Source: Tubiluchus corallicola
Lineage: Eukaryota > Animalia > Priapulida
Reading direction: 5' to 3'
DNA length: 30,606 nucleotides
Assembly (NCBI GenBank): GCA_030141605.1
Contig: JAQGDQ010001664.1
Span: 1 to 30,606 of the forward strand
A model generated the notes under the pieces. It had not been told where the DNA came from. It saw nothing but the letters and a program-made list of their open reading frames with translations, and ran no database searches. Position 1 is the stretch's first letter. Every line of letters begins with the position of its first letter. This document shows positions 23,464-30,606 of this stretch, in pieces. Both the position numbers and the translations under genes were made by a program.

Positions 23464-23858
23464 AGGAAGACCGGTCGATTGATTAAACTCAATCTCATTT
23501 TAATTTACTATTCAAAATATACATTTTCTTGCCTATAAAAGTTAGCGATTGTTTCTAATATTTGAACAATTACCTTGGAAAGCTAATTATCGGTAACTTA
23601 ACACAACTATTGCTTACGTCACAAACTAACCACAGCTGCGCAATGACCAGCATCTTCCCTGCGAGTCAAGCATATTTGCTTAAACGAAGATTGCTATAAG
23701 GCACTGCTGTTCCCGATCGTGCTTATCACAGTACCGTATCATCAACGAGTATCCGAGGTAATTATTATTTAATCTAAAGCTTTGATTTAAAAAAGCTTTT
23801 GTAGTGTTCAAGCATACTTGCTATTGAACTAATGTCTACACAATCGTCCTGTTTTCGC
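23464..23858 (-). mobile_element. Kolobok-like MITE copy 4 (internally deleted, more diverged)
   Basis: TTAA|AGGAAGACCGGTCGAT ... ACAATCGTCCTGTTTTCGC|TTAA. Same orientation as 8372-8917. Confidence 0.85.
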
Positions 23859-24375
23859 TTAAGCATTGCAATAGAATAAATTAGCATCTGTAAAATTAAG
23901 AAAATTGATTGTGTATCCGCAACCCGAATCTACGTTGTAACATACCCCCATATTGTATGTGTATTTTGTAATTGTGTGATATGAAATATGCACATTGTAT
24001 TCTCCATAATAGTTAATGATATCCAATCACTCTTATTCCAGTTGATAGGACGTTTTGTATACGGCGTATTTTTTATTACATAGATAAAATGTTATCTATA
24101 TTATACCGTGATAACTCATGATTATTGTTGTTATTAAAAGTTTTTATATACGTATATACCCGTGTTGTCCTTATTGTGTTCTGTATCAAACTTGTTGATA
24201 ATAAAACACATTATTCTTTATTAAATTCTAGTCAATCAGTTTTATTTCTCTTCAATGTGTTGCCTACAAGTTATTGCGTACATAAGTGTAATTCCGGTAC
24301 AGTAAGCACACAGGAAAAAACGTTGACTAATGATGTAGAATGTAACTTATTTAATAAGACTGTTAATAGTGTTAT

Positions 24376-24705
24376 GGCGTGTTCAGACGTAGGGACTTCT
24401 CTCGCAACTTGCTGTGCAACTTCTCTCGATGCAACGTGTTAACGGTTTGGCAAATTTTTGTACACAACTTCTTTCAGAGAGTAAAGTTGCAACATTTGAA
24501 TGGTTTGGCAACTTGTTGCGCAACTTCTCGCTGAGACTAAAGTTGCAACATGTGAACAACTTGGCAACTTTCCCCACAACTTGTCGCACGTGTGAACCGC
24601 ATGGCAACTTGTTGCAGTTGCCGAACAATTCGCACTTTGCAACTTTACTTTCAGAGAGAAGTTGCGCAACAAGTTGGGGGAGAAATCACTATGTATGAAT
24701 GCGCC
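24376..24705. mobile_element. Palindromic MITE with GCAAC/GTTGC subrepeats (PIF/Harbinger-like)
   Basis: Imperfect TIR GGCGTGTTCAGACGTAGGGACTTCTC / GAGAAATCACTATGTATGAATGCGCC. The TSD is unclear. Confidence 0.7.
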
Positions 24706-25022
24706 ATCGGAGTAAAGTTGTTAAAGTAATTAAAAAGAATCTGTTAAGGTTCTTGTTAGTATCGGTCGAAAGTCTTGCAAAGGAGCACTTTGAAGAGTTT
24801 ATTGCTTTACGAACAAATTGAGTTAAATTCATTAAGTCACAAGCATAAAACGTTACTATTCTAATTACGAACTGAACTAATCACGAACAATGAACGGACA
24901 CATTGTTACACAATCTAGAAGACTATTAACCTGTTTTTGCATCATATTCTGAAATATCATACATCGAAATAAGTCCACTCACGTGACACTACATGACAAA
25001 AACAATGGATTACAGTAGTCTC

Positions 25023-25360
25023 TAGGCTCTACACGGATATCTCGGTTTACCGTACCTCGGTTTTGCGGATATCGGAAAAATCTGGACCGTTAAAAAGTCC
25101 CGCATACAATGGGCACAGCCGTTGTCTTGCAAACTGACCGCTAGTTGGCGGGCCGCACTTGTTGACATAGTAACCAAGCAGCGTGCAACAGCAAGCCCGT
25201 ACCAGACTTTTTTGAGACAATTAGGCGATTGATTCTACATTACCGTGAGTCTAATACACCGCGCCTACTGTATTAGCTTAGTATATTAGCTAAATACGGA
25301 CAATTGGCAAATTCTGACCGTTTTTGACCGGTCAACCGAGATATGAGTATAGGAGCTTTA
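25023..25360. mobile_element. Degenerate MITE, internally related to ~5083-5270
   Basis: Inverted ATATCTCGGTT / AACCGAGATAT near the ends. CAAACTGACCGCTAGTTGGC and TTTTGAGACAATTAGG are reverse complements of motifs at ~5250-5268 and ~5083-5098. Confidence 0.55.
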
Positions 25361-26171
25361 GTACTTTCACTGCCATATTCTTACATCTGAAGCTTCAAGC
25401 ACTGATACATTTGGAAAATGGATTATTTCCATCAGGCGGAAAATATTAGCTACAACTTTGGAATGTAAAGGCATGTCCAGACAGCAAATTAACTCATGAC
25501 AACTTGCAAGTGTGAACTACTTTGCGCATTACTGTCAGCAAGTTACTGCTAAGTCTTCAACAGTTGCTGGGACTTGGTTTCTTACGAGTTACTGTCTAGT
25601 GTGAACACCTCGGCGAATTACTCTTGATCTTCTCGTTGTGAATAGAGAAGTGTCAACTGAGTATCGAAGTCTGCAAACACAGTTGCGAGTTACTTAGTGA
25701 GTTACTTGGCTAGTCTAAGCGTGTCAAAAAGCTATGAATAATGGAATTCTGAAAATAAAGCTGCTGTCTTTAGCACGAGGGTATGAAGTACGAACGTAAA
25801 GATAATAAATTATCCTTTCACACGAAACCATAATGTGTAATTTAAAGCTACTATTGTCGAGTACAAAGACTTAAGTCTTATTGTAATAGCTGCTGCCATC
25901 TAGTATGAAGCCACAGAAGTGACAAAATGGGAACACATAGTTCTGTACTGTAGCATGAACCATAAACTTGGGAGTACATATGTACAGCTACTATCCACTA
26001 GCGTAGACGTGTGAAGTAGAAAATACTATGACTCTAACATGTAATTTTTGAAAGCTACCCAGGTCATCTTAAGAATCCAGGCCCCCTCACAAAGCAGTGT
26101 CCCGGGGGTCCCTAAATACGCTGCCACTTATAGGAGTAAAAATATAATATGTTTAATAAAATTTAACATTA

Positions 26172-26189
26172 TTTATTGTATTATTTATT
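26172..26189 (-). terminator. Candidate poly(A) signals (AATAAA x2) for the FTCD terminal exon
   Basis: TTTATT on plus at 26172-26177 and 26184-26189, about 260 nt past the stop. Confidence 0.45.
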
Positions 26190-26444
26190 GAACATTAAAA
26201 AACATGGCGTACAGCAAAGATTAATCAACACGAATGTTTGAACAATGTAACATGAGCCTTGAGAAATGCATACATGGATTAGCATGGACCCCTATGCTTG
26301 TGCACCCCCCCCCCCCCCGGGCAACTGCCTCGTGTGCCCATGCGGCCCAAAAGCTACCTTATAGGAAGATTAGTGTTCCCAGTCAAGAAAGTTCTTATCT
26401 TATCGTAAAATGGACGAATTTTATATGTGGATTTGGTTGATGGA

Positions 26445-26621
26445 TCATCTTTGCTCCAGTATTTGTAAGACGGAGACGCATCCCTGCTGTGCATTTTTAA
26501 TCATTTGCTGTGCTTCCGCTTGGATGCGCTCCACGTATTCCACGTCTTGTATGGATTTCAAATTGATGACGACATTGTAGTAAGCACCAAAGACAGACGT
26601 CTCTAAACACCTTGCGGCGAC
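26445..26621 (-). CDS. FTCD: FTCD (formimidoyltransferase-cyclodeaminase) terminal exon n
   Basis: Acceptor TTCTTACAG. Encodes VAARCLETSVFGAYYNVVINLKSIQDVEYVERIQAEAQQMIKNAQQGCVSVLQILEQR*, compare [21 protein letters not shown] in FTCD. Not in the supplied ORF track. Confidence 0.93.
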   Translation of the reverse strand, partial: VAARCLETSVFGAYYNVVINLKSIQDVEYVERIQAEAQQMIKNAQQGCVSVLQILEQR

Positions 26622-26682
26622 CTGTAAGAAGACAGACGGAGTCGTTTAATAATCGCAAGAAATTTGATCAAGAACCAGCATT

Positions 26683-27060
<378 letters not shown>

Positions 27061-27289
27061 CAGCATTGCAGTTTTAATGTTATTGTTTTAAGATAAAGTA
27101 CCACAATCCTGGTACAGATTATGCAAAACAAGGCATCATTGATAAATCTAGAGCTGATGTCAACATAGTGCAATCTATTATCTTTCTTCCTACCATTTCC
27201 ACTAACACATCCTTCTACCCTTCCTGTGTGATCTAACCTTTCTCCCAGTTCTTTTTTATTTGTTCACTCATCCATTCTTCTTTTATCGA

Positions 27290-27481
27290 GTTCACATAAC
27301 AGTGGGCTTATACAAGCCTTTGCTTCTCTAGCTCACTGCAGTACAATTATTCTTTTTATGATAACGATAGTGTATGAAACATAACAATTTAATACAGTAT
27401 GATGTAATAATTTTGATGTCACTGTGTGCTTAATGTCATTATATTGTACTGAATGTGATAATAATAATAAATAAAAAAAAA
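27290..27481 (+). mobile_element. Possible LINE (CR1/L2-like) 3' end remnant
   Basis: Stem-loop-like CAGTGGGCT...ACAAGCC...AGCTCACTG followed by AT-rich sequence and an (AAT)n/AATAAA/poly-A tail. Confidence 0.4.
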
Positions 27482-27555
27482 TATCAAGTCACTTATGAGG
27501 ATTAACTTTTAACTGCATAATCGGTACAACTACCTGAGGTAGTCTACGAGCAGTG

Positions 27556-28157
27556 TTTGACTTATGTCAATTCTGTAAATCTGTACTTGTTGCTCTTTGT
27601 TCACTGATGGAGTTGTGCCAATTCTTTAACCATTTGCAGCATGTTGATTGACTTGTGTCAATTCTGTAAGTACATGATTTGTTGCTGCTTGTTGATTGAT
27701 TTATGTCAATTCTGTAAGTACTTGATTTGTTGCAGCATGTTGATTGATTTATGTCAATTCTGTATTTGTTGCAGCATGTGGATTGACTAATGTCAATTCT
27801 GTAAGTACTTGATTTGTTGCAGCATGTTGATTGATTTATGTCAATTCAGTATTTGTTGCAGCATATGGATTGACTTATGTCAATTCTGTATGTACTTGTT
27901 GATGACATTTATTTTGATTGACTTGTGTCAATTGTTTAACTATTTGCAGCATATTGATTGACCCGTGTCAAATACGTCAGGTATAGGTGTAAGTGCGAGT
28001 TGGTGCTGATGCTTACCACATTTCGGCCAATGTGGGCAAAACGCCAGTTCTTGTTGTTCATATTGTTGATTGACCTGTATCAATTTTTTACCTATCTGCA
28101 ACATTTTCATTGACGTGTGTCAATCATTTACGCATTTGCAGCATATTGATTGCTTAT
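27556..28157. repeat. Degenerate ~40-55-bp tandem repeat containing TTGAC-N4-GTCAA
   Basis: Recurring TTGATTGA(C/T)TT(A/G)TGTCAATTCTGTAAGTACTTGATTTGTTGCAGCATG, roughly ten units. Confidence 0.88.
27961..28053 (-). pseudogene. FTCD: Decayed partial copy of FTCD exon n-1 (3' half plus donor region)
   Basis: Plus-strand TCAAATACGTCAGGTA..TGTAAGTGCGAGTTGGTGCTGATGCTTACCACAT-TTCGGCCAATGTGGGC..CAGTTCTTG aligns by eye to 28461-28563 (TCAAATATGT-AGGTACCTGCAAGTCCGACTTGGTGTTGACGTTCGCCACAT..TTCGACCAACGTTGGC..CAGTTCTTG). It has a 7-nt deletion and a destroyed donor. Confidence 0.75.
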
Positions 28158-28483
28158 GGTCTGTCTGGACCACTACACGACGACCATAAACATACTGATG
28201 AAACTTTGTAACTGCAAAAACACATGAAAGTAGCTCTTTTTCAATCTGAGCATACCTTATCCCACTTCTGACACCATGTTACACGCTACAATAATATTAG
28301 CAACCAGACAAATGTGTGCATAATAAAGTTGTATTTATTAAACTAATTAGGAACTTAAACAAAGAAGATCAGAGCAGCATGACAGTCTAGAATGCAGAAC
28401 CCTTCTAAGCAATCACCAAGATCTTTGATCTACACAAACCATATCTATGGTATTGTTACAACTTGCATCAAATATGTAGGTAC

Positions 28484-28622
28484 CTGCAAGTCCGACTTGG
28501 TGTTGACGTTCGCCACATGAGCTAGTTCGACCAACGTTGGCCACAGTTTGTTAACAGTTCTTGCGAGTCGAAGTGGAACATTAATGGCTTCCTTTAATCC
28601 GTCGTCCATCGCTGCTTTTCTT
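28484..28622 (-). CDS. FTCD: FTCD exon n-1, minus-strand copy
   Basis: Acceptor CTGCATAG. Encodes RKAAMDDGLKEAINVPLRLARTVNKLWPTLVELAHVANVNTKSDLQ. Donor CAG|GTACCT, phase 0, joins in frame to 26621. Confidence 0.92.
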
Positions 28623-28777
28623 CTATGCAGTAAACAAATTTGAGTTGAATGTTGTAACTCTCGTTGTTGTTGTTGTTGTTGTCGACTACCCTAGATGTAG
28701 CTTAAAGTTCTGAAATGTACGTTAATGAAAGCCACGTCTTTCCGATGCAGATGCGAATGCAATGCTATTTTTCTTAG

Positions 28778-28983
28778 GGTTGCGCTTTGTCAACCATGGT
28801 GGGTCAGTTGACGTATGGCAAGAAACAGTTTGAGGCACTGGATACCACGATGCGTCGTCTCATTCCAGTATTTCATTCTGCAACGAGGGATCTTGTACCA
28901 TTAATTGACGCCGATACTACAGCCTTTAGCGAATACATGGCAGCCTTGAAGCTACCACAAAAGACAACCGAAGAATCTGACGC
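28778..28983 (+). CDS. FTCD: FTCD exon n-2, on the plus strand
   Basis: Acceptor TTTTTCTTAG. Encodes [68 protein letters not shown], compare [26 protein letters not shown]. Donor GC|GTAAGT, phase 2, compatible with exon n-1. Confidence 0.95.
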
Positions 28984-29159
28984 GTAAGTTGTGCGATTCT
29001 TACATCCACGAATGGAATCCTGTAGTTCTTGCTTGCGTTGTTGTTTTTCTTCTTGTGGACAACTTATTTAAAGGACAACACACCTCATAAATAATGATTA
29101 ATAATTCGTCTTGAAAATTTAAGCAATAAGACGTCATTTACACGCTGTTTTCATATCCG

Positions 29160-29639
29160 GCCTGGAAAAAACCGTCCCCTATATCCGATGTCCCTTATAG
29201 CCGTAACGTTATATAAAGTTGGGTCAGACCGTGGGTGTATCTAGACCTGTACTTTTCTGTACTTTTACCCATATTCTTGTGGATTATTGCTACACATTCA
29301 GTACAAACGGTATGTAGGAAGCTGCTTCAGTGATGCGAGATGTATGTGACCGTGGAAACCGAGCTGTTCGAAGGCCGAGTTTGCGAAAAATTGAGGTTAA
29401 AAATCGATCAATTTCGCTTCGATCATAGGGTCCCTTATATGCGAGGTAATTTACCTGGCTTTCTATTATGCAGGACCTGAAGATATCGTCCATTATAACC
29501 GAAAATCCCTTATAACCGAGTACTTTATATACGAAGATTTTTGCATATGAAAATGTTACGAAAAATCGGGACTGGTGTTGGTGGTTCCTTATAAGCGAGT
29601 GTCCCTTATAAAGGAGTACCTTATACCAGAGGTTGACTG
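29160..29639. mobile_element. pogo/Tigger-like MITE fragment
   Basis: Right end CCTTATACCAGAGGTTGACTG|TA and repeated CCCTTATA motifs. The left TIR was not found. Confidence 0.6.
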
Positions 29640-30420
29640 TACACTCTTCGTACTGGCGTATAAGTACACAATAAGTACTGTAAAGGGACACCAATTTTTT
29701 TTGTTCACAAATTAGTCTACTGCAATTTTACTTTACCTCGAATACCTTACTTACCCTACTCTACTTTACTTACCTCGGTTTTTAGCGTTTGCAAGATCTA
29801 AAGTTTTTTACCGCATAGAAAAGCTTTCGCGGGATCTTTATTATTATAGTGAAGCGCGTATTGAGCTCTTTAAGCCGTCCGGTGCTGCCATCTGACAACG
29901 AAAATAATACAAAAACGATTTACACTTCTAACTATCTAAGCGAAAGCGAAAACTACAGGCAGGTGACTTTACAGCAATTTCATGCGTATATCGTATTCGC
30001 GTTGAAAGGAATTTTTGTTTGTTTTCATTTCAAATCTCCTGCAATACAGTTCCGACGGCGCCATTACATGACGTCATATACGCACAACGAAAATCAGGGG
30101 AAGAAAAGGAAATGTTAAACTATGTCCAAAAAATTTTCCATGCAAAGTTATGCTACTTAGCATTTTGCTTACCTGCTTGAAAGACTTATGTAACTAGAAA
30201 AGAAATTTATTAATTATTTAAAATGTTTTCACCAATTGGTAAAATGTCACTGACTCACTCTCCAGGGTGCGCCACTCACTAACCAAAAACGTATTTTTAA
30301 TCTTATTGACAAGATACAGTAATTTTAAATAGAAGAAAATAGAAATAATAATTACACAGATTTGAGGTGCTGATTGACTTTACAATCATCACATTCAACT
30401 CAAATTTGTTTATTGCATAG

Positions 30421-30559
30421 AAGAAAAGCAGCGATGGACGACGGATTAAAGGAAGCCATTAATGTTCCACTTCGACTCGCAAGAACTGTTAACAAACTGT
30501 GGCCAACGTTGGTCGAACTAGCTCATGTGGCGAACGTCAACACCAAGTCGGACTTGCAG
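30421..30559 (+). CDS. FTCD: FTCD exon n-1, plus-strand copy
   Basis: Identical to the reverse complement of 28484-28622. Acceptor TTGCATAG, donor CAG|GTACCT. Confidence 0.92.
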
Positions 30560-30606
30560 GTACCTACATATTTGATGCAAGTTGTAACAATACCATAGAT
30601 ATGGTT

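Noticed and set aside
24383-24698. ORFs on both strands
   Set aside because: They are a by-product of the palindromic MITE at 24376-24705.
29290-29694. 134-aa ORF as a possible transposase
   Set aside because: No DDE or HTH features, and it overlaps a non-coding MITE fragment.

Overview
AT-rich, intron-containing animal DNA, probably from an invertebrate; the taxon cannot be fixed from sequence alone. It is not prokaryotic and has no CRISPR array or rRNA. Three protein-coding loci are supported. (1) The large first coding exon of a LIMD1/WTIP/Ajuba-family gene lies on the minus strand (6519-7740); its LIM exons must lie left of the window. (2) A complete five-coding-exon TMEM98 lies on the plus strand (14205-22293, 232 aa). 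(3) The last three exons of FTCD (cyclodeaminase domain) are split across both strands: the last and penultimate exons are on minus, while the antepenultimate exon and a second, near-identical penultimate exon are on plus. This forms a fold-back inverted duplication with its junction near 28653-28680. A decayed third copy of the penultimate exon and a minisatellite resembling its splice donor lie in the adjacent intron. The rest is dense with non-autonomous DNA transposons (hAT, Kolobok-like x4, Merlin-like x2, Tc1/pogo-like, Harbinger-like), a tRNA-derived SINE, LINE-like 3' ends and minisatellites (72, 40, 38, 135, 77 and ~50 bp). The window also opens inside a foldback-like structure of inverted 72-bp arrays. 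Gene names come from my recollection of family motifs, not from a database search. The FTCD rearrangement may be an assembly or amplification artefact.
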